64,000 bases of DNA from Patescibacteria group bacterium (GTDB lineage: Bacteria > Patescibacteriota > Minisyncoccia > UBA6257 > UBA9933). Position numbers and translations under genes: made by a program. Below, piece after piece: positions 10,059-19,693 of this stretch. Position 1 is the first letter of the stretch. Each line of letters opens with the position of its first letter. Location of the stretch: positions 4,697-68,696 of the forward strand of contig JBBTPY010000008.1 in the NCBI GenBank assembly GCA_038065955.1, in the 5' to 3' direction. A model generated the notes under the pieces. The model ran no database searches. It was not told where the DNA came from and saw nothing but the letters and a program-made list of their open reading frames with translations.

Positions 10059-10473
10059 TTACTACTTTCCTTTCTCTTTCTTCGCCAATACTCTCGGTTT
10101 TAATGTCCGGATTTTTAATAAGCTCCATATGAACCAATCGACGCTCATAAGCGTTCATTATCGGCAAAGATATTTCCTGTTTTTCAACTAAACACTTGCG
10201 CGCCGCGGCCCGCGCCAGCTCCAGAATTAAATCTTCTCTTTTTTTGCGGTAATTATTGACGTCAATCGCTCCCGCTTTTAAATTATTTTTAACGGCCATT
10301 AGTTTTAATAAATAATTAAAGACGCTGATAATCGTCGGGAGATTACTTTCGGAAACGATATCGTCATTGATAAACACCGACAAACGGTCGCCGCTCTCGT
10401 CATAATTAACCGAAAAATCCTCAAACCCCATTAATTCTATCAGTTTTTTAAAAATTTCTTGAAATTGGTTCAT
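10045..10473 (-). CDS. khpB: RNA-binding protein Jag/KhpB (R3H domain)
   Basis: 142 aa with R3H motif NAYERRLVHMEL; located downstream of yidC as in canonical rpmH-rnpA-yidC-jag block. Confidence 0.7.
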   Translation of the reverse strand: MNQFQEIFKKLIELMGFEDFSVNYDESGDRLSVFINDDIVSESNLPTIISVFNYLLKLMAVKNNLKAGAIDVNNYRKKREDLILELARAAARKCLVEKQEISLPIMNAYERRLVHMELIKNPDIKTESIGEERERKVVIRPS

Positions 10474-10484
10474 AATATCTTTGC

Positions 10485-11240
10485 CTATAATTTATGGTGT
10501 AATTTTTTATCTATTTCAATAAGCTTTTCATCGCTTACCGCAAGACGCTTATTTATTATTATCTGTTGAATAACCGAAAAAATGGAAGTTGTCAACCAAT
10601 AAAGGCCGATAGCGGACGGCAAAGCGCTGAAAAACAACAAAGTCATAATCGGGCCGATAAACACCATTTGGCGACTCATCTTTTCCATCTGCGTCATCTG
10701 CGCCGAATCTTTTCCATTAGTCGTTTTTGCCAAAAGCATTTTCCCCTGAAAAAACTGAGCCAAGGCGGCTAAAATCACAATCAATAAACTGCGCTCGCTC
10801 AAATCAACGACCCCTAAAAAATAATTATCCAAAACCGCGGGCTGAGCGATAAATGAATACAAATTTTTCAAAGTCTCAGCCGTGATGCCTTTTGAAAAAA
10901 CCATATAAAGAGCGAACAAAATCGGCAACTGGGCGAAAAGCAGAAAAAAAGAAGATAAGGGATTGACTTTGTGCTCCCGATAAAGTTCCATCATCGCCTG
11001 GCCTTGCTTGCCCAAATCGTCTTTATGATTTTTCTGAATTTCTTTGATTTTTGGCGCCAAACGACTGATAATCGCCTGGTCCTTGGCGCCTTTATAAAAC
11101 AAAGGCAATAAAATTATTCTGATTAAAACCGTCAGCGCGATAATGGCGACGCCTAAATCGCCAAAAGACAAATATTCGTATAAAAAAACCAGGGCGTTAA
11201 ATAAAGGATAATAAAAAATTTCGTTAAATATATTAATCAT
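10485..11240 (-). CDS. yidC: membrane protein insertase YidC (short form)
   Basis: 251 aa, 5 TM, YidC/Oxa1 signatures (..LPLFYKG.., ..ELYREHKVNP..). Confidence 0.8.
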   Translation of the reverse strand: MINIFNEIFYYPLFNALVFLYEYLSFGDLGVAIIALTVLIRIILLPLFYKGAKDQAIISRLAPKIKEIQKNHKDDLGKQGQAMMELYREHKVNPLSSFFLLFAQLPILFALYMVFSKGITAETLKNLYSFIAQPAVLDNYFLGVVDLSERSLLIVILAALAQFFQGKMLLAKTTNGKDSAQMTQMEKMSRQMVFIGPIMTLLFFSALPSAIGLYWLTTSIFSVIQQIIINKRLAVSDEKLIEIDKKLHHKL

Positions 11241-11249
11241 ATTATTTTA

Positions 11250-11573
11250 TTAAGCGAGAAGCCTGTTTAATTCATTTTCAATTTCCGATTTTTTAAATTT
11301 GCCGGTTGGCGGCAAAACCGTTATTAAAACATCTTTGCCGGAAATTTTATAATACCCGTTCAGCCGGATAAAATCAAAAATCGTCCTTTTAATTTTGTTC
11401 CGCCTTACCGCCGATTTAGAAACCTTGCGGCTGATCACGACCCCGAAACGACTGAAATTTAATCCGTTAGCGGCAATTTTAACAATAAAAAAATCACTCT
11501 TGCGAGCATTTATCTTTTTCCCCTTGTCTTTCAGCCAATTCTGAATTTGAAGGCGAAATTTTTTAGCAAGCAT
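11250..11573 (-). CDS. rnpA: ribonuclease P protein component
   Basis: RnpA motif SRFGVVISRKVSKSAVRRNKIKR; probable ATG start at MLAKKF (track ORF begins 9 nt upstream at GTG). Confidence 0.8.
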   Translation of the reverse strand: MLAKKFRLQIQNWLKDKGKKINARKSDFFIVKIAANGLNFSRFGVVISRKVSKSAVRRNKIKRTIFDFIRLNGYYKISGKDVLITVLPPTGKFKKSEIENELNRLLA

Positions 11574-11630
11574 GCTAGCCACTAGCCGCTAGCCGCTAGA
11601 TTAAAAAATCCAATGGCTAACCGATAGTGG

Positions 11631-11765
11631 CTAAACGCTTAATTTTGCCCTTCCTTTTCTTCTCCTTCTTTTAATGACATTCCTGCCGCCGGGTTTCCGC
11701 ATTCTTTTTAAAAACCCATGCGTTCTTCTCCTTTTTCGCTTTTTCGGCTGATAAGTGACGGACAT
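11631..11765 (-). CDS. rpmH: 50S ribosomal protein L34
   Basis: Manual translation: [44 protein letters not shown] (44 aa), below ORF-track length cutoff; immediately upstream of rnpA. Confidence 0.85.
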   Translation of the reverse strand: MSVTYQPKKRKRRRTHGFLKRMRKPGGRNVIKRRRRKGRAKLSV

Positions 11766-11907
11766 AATTTATAATTATATATGGCTGATTTTAAAAAACA
11801 AGGGTTTTACGCCGTTATTGACTAAATTTTAAAAATAAGTTATTATATAAAATTAAGATAGTAAATTTACAAAAAAATATGGAAATATATAGAAGGAGGT
11901 GGTTGTT

Positions 11908-12096
11908 ATGGGAAGATTAATGGGAAGATTAAAAAGATGGGGACATAAAAGCACTATTGGCGGGTTTAGCCGATTTATAAAATCAGAATTGGGGCGGACC
12001 CAAATAGACATCGCCGCCAATAAACTTAAAAAACTTCAAAAGAAAATGCGGCAAATCCAAAAATACGCCGAGAAATTCCAAAAAGGAGGTGATTGA
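11908..12096 (+). CDS. small basic helical protein
   Basis: GAAGGAGGTG SD 6 nt upstream of ATG; MGRLMGRLKRWGHK...; 62 aa, lysine/arginine rich. Confidence 0.4.
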   Translation: MGRLMGRLKRWGHKSTIGGFSRFIKSELGRTQIDIAANKLKKLQKKMRQIQKYAEKFQKGGD

Positions 12097-12097
12097 A

Positions 12098-12637
12098 ATG
12101 AAAAGATTGTTAATGTTTGGTATTTGTTTATGTTTCTTCATTGTCGGATGCGCCACTGGGCCGCAAACGCAAAGCGAGGCGTTTCTTAATTACAATCAAA
12201 ATCCGAAAATAGGAAAAGTTGTTAATAGAGGAACTACACACTTAGAAATATGGATTAAAGACGAAGCCAGACGAATCGTTGAGCATAATTATATGGCTGG
12301 CGCCAACTTTTTAAAAATCAATAATCAGCATATCCCAAAATATTATGTTTGGGAATTAGAATTCGGCAGATACGAAATAGAATTTGTCCCATTTTACTAT
12401 GAGACGAGTATTGGCAATCTATTATTCGGAAAACCAATAAGAACGCCTCGGAAATTACAAAAACGAACATTCTATTTTTATGTAGATAAAAATCCAACTG
12501 ATTATTACGATTATGAAACCGGCGATTATTTTGGGTGGGGTATTGACCTTAACGGCGGCGATATTCCGAACGCCGCTCGCGGTTTGCCCGGAATTAATCT
12601 CCAATTTCAAGGAGAAGCATGGAGATTGCTTCAATAA
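12098..12637 (+). CDS. lipoprotein (lipobox FIVGC)
   Basis: AAAGGAGGTGATTGAA-ATG; MKRLLMFGICLCFFIVGC signal peptide with lipobox Cys. Confidence 0.5.
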   Translation: MKRLLMFGICLCFFIVGCATGPQTQSEAFLNYNQNPKIGKVVNRGTTHLEIWIKDEARRIVEHNYMAGANFLKINNQHIPKYYVWELEFGRYEIEFVPFYYETSIGNLLFGKPIRTPRKLQKRTFYFYVDKNPTDYYDYETGDYFGWGIDLNGGDIPNAARGLPGINLQFQGEAWRLLQ

Positions 12638-12670
12638 AAACCGATTAGAAAATAAAGGAGGTGATAAGAA

Positions 12671-12826
12671 ATGACATTTAAAGAACAAATAAAAAGATAT
12701 CGAGAAGAAAGAGAAAAAGAATACGAGATTGATAAAAAATATCAACTATTTGCTTTGATTTTAATAGTAACAACTGTTATTTTTGTGGCCGTTGTTTTAT
12801 TAATCGCGCCGAACTGTAAATATTGA
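12671..12826 (+). CDS. 51-aa single-TM peptide
   Basis: AAAGGAGGTGATAAGAA-ATG; MTFKEQIKRYREEREKEYEIDKKYQLFALILIVTTVIFVAVVLLIAPNCKY; below ORF-track cutoff. Confidence 0.35.
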   Translation: MTFKEQIKRYREEREKEYEIDKKYQLFALILIVTTVIFVAVVLLIAPNCKY

Positions 12827-12857
12827 CTATCTATTAAAATCAAGGAGGTGATTGAAA

Positions 12858-13490
12858 ATGCCGAAAATTAACGAAAGATTTAGTTTTTTAATAGGCGCGC
12901 TGATTGGAATTTTTTGGCTTTCTGTTATCGCGTTGATTATTATTTCATCTGGCTGCGCCGGAGCGCGAAAAACATCTCGGGAACCGCTTCACGCTGAATC
13001 AGGAGGCGGGATTACCATCTGGAAAATCCCGATTATTGGATTCGGCGGCTGGGGAACAAGCGGTGCGCCTGATGTAATCATCCACAAATACGATTACACT
13101 GCAAAACCCGCGCCAACCCCGCCCGGAGCGCCGCCGTCAATGGAAATACCGGCGCCAGTTGATTATCCGACAATCTATAACTCAACACTTAGTTATGACC
13201 CGAGCCTAGTTATATTCCGAAACGAATTTGATATGTTCCCTGTCCGGTTTCAAATTGATAATAAGCCAGAATTTCAACTTGAACCACATCAGTCAACCGC
13301 AAATATACACTTTACAAAAGGAAAACATATTGTGCGGGTTAGATTAAGTATTCCAACTGGCTTAAATGAGATATGGGAGATAAACGATATTTACACTTTC
13401 TCTATTGAAACAATAAGTTGCCCTCGTCTTATTAGTATCTCTGGCTACATTCCTTCACGCCTGTACTTTTATGAAAGGTGTCTTAATTAA
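12858..13490 (+). CDS. secreted/lipoprotein-like protein, Pro-rich linker
   Basis: CAAGGAGGTGATTGAAA-ATG; signal peptide ...IIISSGCAG; PAPTPPGAPPS linker; no family recognised. Confidence 0.45.
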   Translation: MPKINERFSFLIGALIGIFWLSVIALIIISSGCAGARKTSREPLHAESGGGITIWKIPIIGFGGWGTSGAPDVIIHKYDYTAKPAPTPPGAPPSMEIPAPVDYPTIYNSTLSYDPSLVIFRNEFDMFPVRFQIDNKPEFQLEPHQSTANIHFTKGKHIVRVRLSIPTGLNEIWEINDIYTFSIETISCPRLISISGYIPSRLYFYERCLN

Positions 13491-13504
13491 AACACCTTTT
13501 TACG

Positions 13505-13547
13505 CCCCACGCTTCGCATTTAATTTGCGAAGCGTGGGGTTTTTTTG
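13505..13547 (+). terminator. rho-independent terminator
   Basis: CCCCACGCTTCGCAtttaatttGCGAAGCGTGGGGttttttt. Confidence 0.85.
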
Positions 13548-13579
13548 TTTAATTTATTTGAATTTTGCGGCCAATTTAT

Positions 13580-13619
13580 AGTCCTCAAAATATCCACATA
13601 TGTGGATATTTTGAGGACT
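13580..13619. promoter_or_regulatory. 40-bp perfect palindrome with DnaA-box-like core (site 1 of 4)
   Basis: AGTCCTCAAAATATCCACATATGTGGATATTTTGAGGACT, 97 nt upstream of yebC; followed by ~95 nt of very AT-rich DNA. Confidence 0.5.
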
Positions 13620-13715
13620 AATTTAATTTTCAATTATAATGTTGATTTTTAATAAAGATTTGATATTCTAATTTTAAAATCTAATCTTTAAATTTTAATT
13701 TCAATTTTCTAAAAA

Positions 13716-14237
13716 ATGAGCGGACATTCAAAATGGTCTAAAATAAAACATAAAAAGGGAACAGCCGACCAAAAGCGCAGCGCTTTATTTTCAAAATTCT
13801 TAAACGCCATTGCCATCGCGGCTCGCAATGAACCGAATCCACAATTCAATCCGGCTTTGCGGGCGGCCATTGAACGCGCCAAAGAAAACCAAGTGCCGCT
13901 GGAAAATATTGAAAGAGCGGTTAAAAAAGCTTCGGAAAATAAAAATTTAGAAGAATTAATCATAGAATCTTACGGCCCCGAAGGCGCGGCGATTCTCATT
14001 GAAGCCATTACCGACAACAGAAACAGGACTATTTCTGAAGTTAAAAAAATCTTGTCCGACAATGGCGCCAAATTCGCCGAACCGGGCAGCGTGTTATGGG
14101 CATTTGAAAAAACCGCGAACGGCTGGCAGGCGAAATTCAAACAAAAAATCGCCGAAAACGCCAAGGGAAAAATCCAAACCTTGATTGTTGAATTGGAAAA
14201 TCACAATGATATTCAAAAAATTCATACCAATAATTAA
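13716..14237 (+). CDS. yebC: YebC/PmpR-family DNA-binding regulator (short form)
   Basis: MSGHSKWSKIKHKKG N-terminus diagnostic of YebC family. Confidence 0.85.
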   Translation: MSGHSKWSKIKHKKGTADQKRSALFSKFLNAIAIAARNEPNPQFNPALRAAIERAKENQVPLENIERAVKKASENKNLEELIIESYGPEGAAILIEAITDNRNRTISEVKKILSDNGAKFAEPGSVLWAFEKTANGWQAKFKQKIAENAKGKIQTLIVELENHNDIQKIHTNN

Positions 14238-14240
14238 ATT

Positions 14241-14714
14241 ATGATTATCCTCGGCCTTGACCCCGGCTCGGTAAGAGTCGGCTACGGCTTTATAAAAAAA
14301 CAAGGGGATGAGCTCCGATTGATTAAGGCCGGCCTCTTGAAAATTTCATCAAAAGACAAAAGCCAAAGACTCATAGAACTGGAAAAATCTTTTTCTGAAT
14401 TACTCAAAAAGCAAAATCCCGAATTAGTTGTTCTAGAAAAACTTTTTTTTATGAAAAATCTTAAAACTGCCGTGGAAGTGGCGCAAAGCCGCGGGGTCTT
14501 GACATTAATTGCCGCTAAACACAAAATACCATTATTGGAATTTTCGCCGACGGAAATAAAAATCGCCGCGACTGGTTACGGCCGGGCGGATAAAAAAGCC
14601 GTGGCGAAAATGGTTGAAAGAATTTTAGGAATTAATAAAATTAAAGCCGTTGATGATGTAAGCGACGCCTTGGCGGCGGCCATCACCGGAGCCAATTATC
14701 AAAATTATAAATAA
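14241..14714 (+). CDS. ruvC: crossover junction endodeoxyribonuclease RuvC
   Basis: MIILGLDPGSVRVGYGF... RuvC N-terminal catalytic motif; yebC-ruvC synteny. Confidence 0.85.
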   Translation: MIILGLDPGSVRVGYGFIKKQGDELRLIKAGLLKISSKDKSQRLIELEKSFSELLKKQNPELVVLEKLFFMKNLKTAVEVAQSRGVLTLIAAKHKIPLLEFSPTEIKIAATGYGRADKKAVAKMVERILGINKIKAVDDVSDALAAAITGANYQNYK

Positions 14715-14749
14715 CTTTAATAAATAAAGGTCGCAAATTTATTTTTAAA

Positions 14750-14911
14750 ATGAAAATTTCAGAATTAAAAACAATCGCTCTTTTAGACGATGAAGAAAGA
14801 TTTTGCCCGGATTGCGGCGAAGAAATAGAAGAAGGAGTCTGCCCGAAATGCGGATCCGCCAAGGAATTAGATAAAGAATCTCTTGACGAAGAAGAAGAAG
14901 TTGCCGAATAA
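14750..14911 (+). CDS. 53-aa zinc-ribbon peptide
   Basis: MKISELKTIALLDDEERFCPDCGEEIEEGVCPKCGSAKELDKESLDEEEEVAE; CxxC..CxxC, acidic tail; not in ORF track. Confidence 0.35.
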   Translation: MKISELKTIALLDDEERFCPDCGEEIEEGVCPKCGSAKELDKESLDEEEEVAE

Positions 14912-14925
14912 ATTTCAGCGCGATG

Positions 14926-14958
14926 AAACCGCCCGTGGCTTGCCAACGGGCGGTTTTT
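14926..14958 (+). terminator. rho-independent terminator
   Basis: AAACCGCCCGTggcttgccaACGGGCGGTTTTT. Confidence 0.75.
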
Positions 14959-14973
14959 AATTATCATTTCATA

Positions 14974-17088
14974 ATGAAACGGAAAAAGCGTTTGTGGTTA
15001 AAAATATCGGCGGCGGCTTTGCTGGTTTTTTTTGGTTTAATTCTTTTTATTCTTAATGAAGTGGCGAAAATAGCCAAAGAACTCCCTGACCCGAAACAAT
15101 TTATTGTTGGCCGCCAAATAAGCCAATCAACCAAAATCTACGACCGAAGCGGCGAAGTTTTGCTTTACGAAATCTACGACAAAGAAAAAAGAACTGTTGT
15201 TCCTTTTGAGGAAATTCCCGATTACGTCAAATATGCCACCGTGGCGATTGAAGATAAAAATTTTTACAACCATCCGGCCTTTGACTGGCGGGCGATGATT
15301 CGGGCTTTAACCATTAACCTCTTAAAAGGCCGAGTGGTCCAAGGCGGCTCAACTATTACCCAGCAATTGGCCAAAAACGCCTATCTGACGCCGGAACGAA
15401 CTTTTAAAAGAAAAATTAAAGAATTAATTTTATCTTATTGGATAGAACGCTATTATTCTAAAGACGAAATTTTAAATCTCTATCTTAACCAAATTTCTTA
15501 CGGCTCCAACGCTTACGGCATTGAAGCCGCCGGACAAATTTATTTCGCCAAACCGGCAAAGGGATTAACGCTGGCGGAAGCGGCTCTTTTAGCCGGTCTA
15601 CCAAAGGCGCCGACTTATTATTCGCCATGGGGGACGCATACGGACGAACTAATGGAAAGAAAAAATTATGTCTTGGAACAAATGTTTAATTCGGGCTTTA
15701 TCGACCAAGAAGAATTAGAAAGGGCCAAAAATTATAAATTTCAGTTTGTTTCTCAAAATATCGGGACAATCCGCGCGCCGCATTTTGTAATGATGGTAAG
15801 GGATTATTTAATCAATAAATACGGCGAAGATTTTATCAAGCGCGGCGGCCTGAAAATCACCACCACGCTTGATTGGAAATTTCAAGAAGCGGCCGAAAAA
15901 ATAGTCAAAGAAGGAGCGGAACGCAATGAAAAACTATATAAAGGCAAAAACGCGGCTATGGTCGCCCAAGACCCCAAAACCGGCCAAATTCTCGCCATGG
16001 TCGGCTCCCGCGATTATTTTGACATTCAAAACGAGGGTAATTTTAATGTGGCGGCGCAAGGATTAAGACAACCCGGCTCGGCTTTTAAACCTTTTGCTTA
16101 TTTGGCCGCTTTTAAAAAAGGATACGGTCCGGAAACAATCGTTTTTGACGCGCCGACCGAATTCGTTCCTAATAATCAAAAATGTCCCGCGCTCGTCAAT
16201 TTTTCCAATCAAGAAAAAGAGTGCTATCATCCGGAAAATTTTGATAAAAAATATCGCGGGCCGATAAGCTTCCGCGACGCTTTGCCGCAATCAATCAATG
16301 TAGTCGCGGTTAAGGCTCTTTATTTAGCCGGCGTCGAAGAAACCGTTAAAATCGCCGGAGATTTGGGCATTACCACACTAGAGAACCCTTGGCGATACGG
16401 ATTATCTTTGGTTCTGGGCGGCGGCGAAGTCAAATTAACAGACTTAATTAACGCCTACGCGACCATCAGTCAAAACGGCATAAAACATAATCAAAAAATA
16501 ATTGTCAAAATAGAAGATTTAAGCGGTCAAATTATTGAATCGTCTTCCGACCAAGCCGTTCAAGCGATTGAACCCCAATACGCCCAATTATTAAACGATG
16601 TTTTATCCGATGAAGGGGCGCGGAGAAATTTTTATCAAAATTCCGATTTAATAAATTTCGGCGACCGCCAAGTGGCGCTCAAAACCGGCACCAGTGACGA
16701 TTATCGCGACGCATGGACAATCGGTTATACGCCATATTTGACCGTTGGTGTCTGGGCCGGCAATAATAATCAACAATCAATGGCGAGAGGGACCAGTCTT
16801 TCGGCCGCTCTTCCAATTTTAAGCGCTTTTATGAAAGAAGTTTTTGTTAATTTTCCGGCCGAAACCTTTAATAACCCGACAATTGAAGAAAAATCCGAAA
16901 AAACAATGCTAGACGGCGAATATAAAAACCAAAACGGCGAGATTCATAATATTCTTTATTACACGGATAAAAATAATCCGCTCGGTCCGGAACCGCTTAA
17001 CCCGGCGGATGATCATCAATTTAATAATTGGGAAACCGCAGTTCAAAACTGGCTCCAAAATCAACTTTTAATGGGCATTAAAATGTAA
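14974..17088 (+). CDS. penicillin-binding protein 1A (bifunctional transglycosylase/transpeptidase)
   Basis: Start at MKRKKRLWLK (track ORF extends 51 nt upstream through the terminator); GT51 motifs (EDKNFYNH, GGSTITQQLAKN, RKIKE) and transpeptidase SxxK/KTG(T). Confidence 0.8.
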   Translation: MKRKKRLWLKISAAALLVFFGLILFILNEVAKIAKELPDPKQFIVGRQISQSTKIYDRSGEVLLYEIYDKEKRTVVPFEEIPDYVKYATVAIEDKNFYNHPAFDWRAMIRALTINLLKGRVVQGGSTITQQLAKNAYLTPERTFKRKIKELILSYWIERYYSKDEILNLYLNQISYGSNAYGIEAAGQIYFAKPAKGLTLAEAALLAGLPKAPTYYSPWGTHTDELMERKNYVLEQMFNSGFIDQEELERAKNYKFQFVSQNIGTIRAPHFVMMVRDYLINKYGEDFIKRGGLKITTTLDWKFQEAAEKIVKEGAERNEKLYKGKNAAMVAQDPKTGQILAMVGSRDYFDIQNEGNFNVAAQGLRQPGSAFKPFAYLAAFKKGYGPETIVFDAPTEFVPNNQKCPALVNFSNQEKECYHPENFDKKYRGPISFRDALPQSINVVAVKALYLAGVEETVKIAGDLGITTLENPWRYGLSLVLGGGEVKLTDLINAYATISQNGIKHNQKIIVKIEDLSGQIIESSSDQAVQAIEPQYAQLLNDVLSDEGARRNFYQNSDLINFGDRQVALKTGTSDDYRDAWTIGYTPYLTVGVWAGNNNQQSMARGTSLSAALPILSAFMKEVFVNFPAETFNNPTIEEKSEKTMLDGEYKNQNGEIHNILYYTDKNNPLGPEPLNPADDHQFNNWETAVQNWLQNQLLMGIKM

Positions 17089-18185
17089 AACCACGAAGCG
17101 TCATCCGGTGATTTAACCAGCGCCGGCTTACTGGAATTATTCAGCCCGAAAAAAATATTTTCCGATTTTAAATTTTTCGCGCCCTCCAAAAGAAATCGCC
17201 AATTAAATACCACTTCCATTTGTTCAGCTGCGCCCTTAATTTTGGCGGGAATTAAATATTTATTTTCCCCCAAGTTTTGATTAAAAGAAAATAATTCAAT
17301 ATTTTTATTATTTTCTTTAATAATTAATTTAATCTCATTAAGGCGGTCGCTAAAAAGACCGGTTAATTTAACAGCATTGATTAATTCATCTTTATTTAAA
17401 TTTAATTCAACCTCGAATGTTTTAGGGATAATCTGTTGATATTCCGGAAATTCGCCACTAATCAATCTGGATATTATCTCGGTATTTTCGGTTTTAAAAA
17501 GAATCTGATTGGAGTCGAAATAAATTTTTACGCTTCCGTTTTCATTTATTTGAAGTTCTTTTACGACTTCTTGAATGGTTTTTATCGGAATAATAATTTT
17601 AAAACCCGCGCTGAAATTAGATTCAAATTGAGTATTATTAATTGTTTTTTCCGATAATCTAAAACCATCCGTCGTTGTTAATTTTAAAATAGTGCTTTGA
17701 TAATCAAATAAAACTCCATTAAGTTCCGGCCGGCTATTATTTAAATTTATTGAATTAATTACAGAAATTAAAGCGTCTTTTAAAATTAAACCGGAAATTT
17801 CCATATAATTTGAATTGTTTTTAATTTTTGGAATAATCGGGAATTCTTCTTTTTTTAATCCCTGAATTTCCGCGGAATAATTATCTGTTTTAATTAATAA
17901 TTTATTATTTTGAGTTAATTCCAGATTTATTCTTTCTGATTGAAGATTATTAATTATTGAATTAAAAATATTTAAAGGAATACTTAAACCGCCGTTCTCT
18001 ATAATTTTCCCTGAAATAAAATTAATAATCGCTAATTCCAAATTAGTGGCCGATAATTTTATTTTATTATCAAACGATTCAATTAAAAAATTTTTCAATA
18101 TCGGCAAATTTGAATTGTCTTCAACAGCTTTTTCAATCGCTCTTAATCCGTCTTTTAAATTTTTTTTAAGAATTATAAATTTCAT
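17061..18185 (-). CDS. dnaN: DNA polymerase III beta sliding clamp
   Basis: 374 aa, MKFIILKKNL..LRAIEKA.. typical DnaN N-terminus; directly downstream of dnaA. Confidence 0.85.
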   Translation of the reverse strand: MKFIILKKNLKDGLRAIEKAVEDNSNLPILKNFLIESFDNKIKLSATNLELAIINFISGKIIENGGLSIPLNIFNSIINNLQSERINLELTQNNKLLIKTDNYSAEIQGLKKEEFPIIPKIKNNSNYMEISGLILKDALISVINSINLNNSRPELNGVLFDYQSTILKLTTTDGFRLSEKTINNTQFESNFSAGFKIIIPIKTIQEVVKELQINENGSVKIYFDSNQILFKTENTEIISRLISGEFPEYQQIIPKTFEVELNLNKDELINAVKLTGLFSDRLNEIKLIIKENNKNIELFSFNQNLGENKYLIPAKIKGAAEQMEVVFNWRFLLEGAKNLKSENIFFGLNNSSKPALVKSPDDASWFYILMPIKS

Positions 18186-18331
18186 CTATTACTATATTTA
18201 TAATATAAATTAATTAGTAGTAATAGTAGTATTGTTTAAGTTTGTGGAAAAATTAAAAAACAATATATTTCTACTGAATTAAATTTATTTTATTTAATTA
18301 ATTATTTGTGAATAAAGTGTTAAAAAGAATA
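18186..18331. other. AT-rich dnaA-dnaN intergenic spacer with degenerate DnaA boxes (possible oriC component)
   Basis: 146 bp >80% AT; TTGTGGAAA and TGTGAATAA (1-mismatch DnaA boxes). Confidence 0.35.
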
Positions 18332-19693
18332 TTATTGATTTTCATAAATTAATTCTTTAATCATTGTAATTTTTTGGTTTAAACTGTGATTTTTATTGGT
18401 TTCTTTTAAAATTTTTTCATAAGAATGAATGGCGGTGGTGTGGTCTCTTTTCCCTATGATTTCCCCAATATCCGGATAAGACATCCCCAAGATTTCCCTT
18501 AATAAATATACAGTCACATGGCGTGGCTCAATTATTTTTTTTCTTCGCGACTTGCTGATAATGTCGTTTAAAAGCACTTCATAAAAACTCGCCACCGCCT
18601 TGATTATTTTATCCGGACTCGCTTTTTTCGCCGGTTGTTGAATAATATTATTAATCATTTCTTCAACCATTTTTAATGAAAAATCATTTCCTTTCACCTC
18701 TATATTAAAAAGAACCCTGTTTAATATACCTTCAATTTCTCTGATATTTCTTTGAGTTTTTAAAGCGATTAATTCGCAAATATTGTCGGGCAAATCGGTT
18801 TTTAATTCCTGGAGTTTTATTTTTATAATTGCCATTCTGGTTTCAAAATCAGGATAAGTGATATCCGCCACCATCCCTCCTTCAAAACGCGAGCGCAATC
18901 GTTCCTGCAGTGTCGGGATAGCGGCCGGCGGCCGGTCGGAAGAAATTATAATCTGCTTATTATTTTCATATAAAACGTTAAAGGTATGGAAAAATTCTTC
19001 TTCGCTCGCTTGTTTCCCGCCGATAAATTGGATATCGTCAATAATTAAAACGTCAATATTGCGATATTTATTTTTCATATCTTCAGTTCTTTTATTACGG
19101 ATGGCGTTAATCACTTCGTTGACGAATTTTTCCGAATGGACGTATTTTATTTTTACCTTGTTTTTATAAACCTTTTTAATTTCATTGCCGATAGCCTGAA
19201 TGAGATGGGTTTTCCCTAAACCCGTGCCGCCGTAGACAAAAAAAGGATTATATTTTTTCCCGACATTTTTAATAATTGCCAGACTGGCCGCGTAAGCCAA
19301 TTCATTTGAGGAACCGATTATAAAAGAATCAAAAGAGTAGCGCGGGTGAAGTCCGGATTCCTGATCAATTTTAAATTCCGGGAAAACCATCTGGCCGATG
19401 GTCGTTTCCGGTTCCGGCAGTTTATTTTTAAAAGACAAAATTTGCCCGTCAACGACCACATATTCGATTTTTTTAACGGAATCATCGTGGGTTTTCAGGA
19501 TTTCAAAAATTATTTTATGGTATTTATTTTCAACCCATTCTTTGGCAAAAACATTGGCCAATCCGATTCGCACTTCGCCGGTTTCTTTTTTTTCCAAAAG
19601 ATAGCTGTTTTTCAGCCAAGTTAAAAAATTAGGCCGGGAAATTTGAAGTTCAATTTCCGACAAGGTTGTCCGCCAAAGCTGCTCAAGATTCAT
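18332..19693 (-). CDS. dnaA: chromosomal replication initiator DnaA
   Basis: 453 aa; Walker A GGTGLGKTHL, AAA+ box, C-terminal DNA-binding domain. Confidence 0.9.
   Translation of the reverse strand: MNLEQLWRTTLSEIELQISRPNFLTWLKNSYLLEKKETGEVRIGLANVFAKEWVENKYHKIIFEILKTHDDSVKKIEYVVVDGQILSFKNKLPEPETTIGQMVFPEFKIDQESGLHPRYSFDSFIIGSSNELAYAASLAIIKNVGKKYNPFFVYGGTGLGKTHLIQAIGNEIKKVYKNKVKIKYVHSEKFVNEVINAIRNKRTEDMKNKYRNIDVLIIDDIQFIGGKQASEEEFFHTFNVLYENNKQIIISSDRPPAAIPTLQERLRSRFEGGMVADITYPDFETRMAIIKIKLQELKTDLPDNICELIALKTQRNIREIEGILNRVLFNIEVKGNDFSLKMVEEMINNIIQQPAKKASPDKIIKAVASFYEVLLNDIISKSRRKKIIEPRHVTVYLLREILGMSYPDIGEIIGKRDHTTAIHSYEKILKETNKNHSLNQKITMIKELIYENQ

Noticed and set aside
11583-11630. GCTAGCC-rich stretch as a possible RNA gene or repeat
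   Set aside because: It is just the rnpA 5' end plus a 57-nt rpmH-rnpA spacer, too short and unstructured for a tRNA.
13709-13963. 84-aa minus-strand ORF
   Set aside because: Antisense to yebC, whose N-terminal signature is unmistakable.
14923-14973. Upstream extension of the PBP1A ORF (MKPPVACQRAVFNYHFI)
   Set aside because: The extension runs through the rho-independent terminator hairpin 14926..14958. The genuine start is MKRKKRLW at 14974, with a basic N-terminus and TM anchor.
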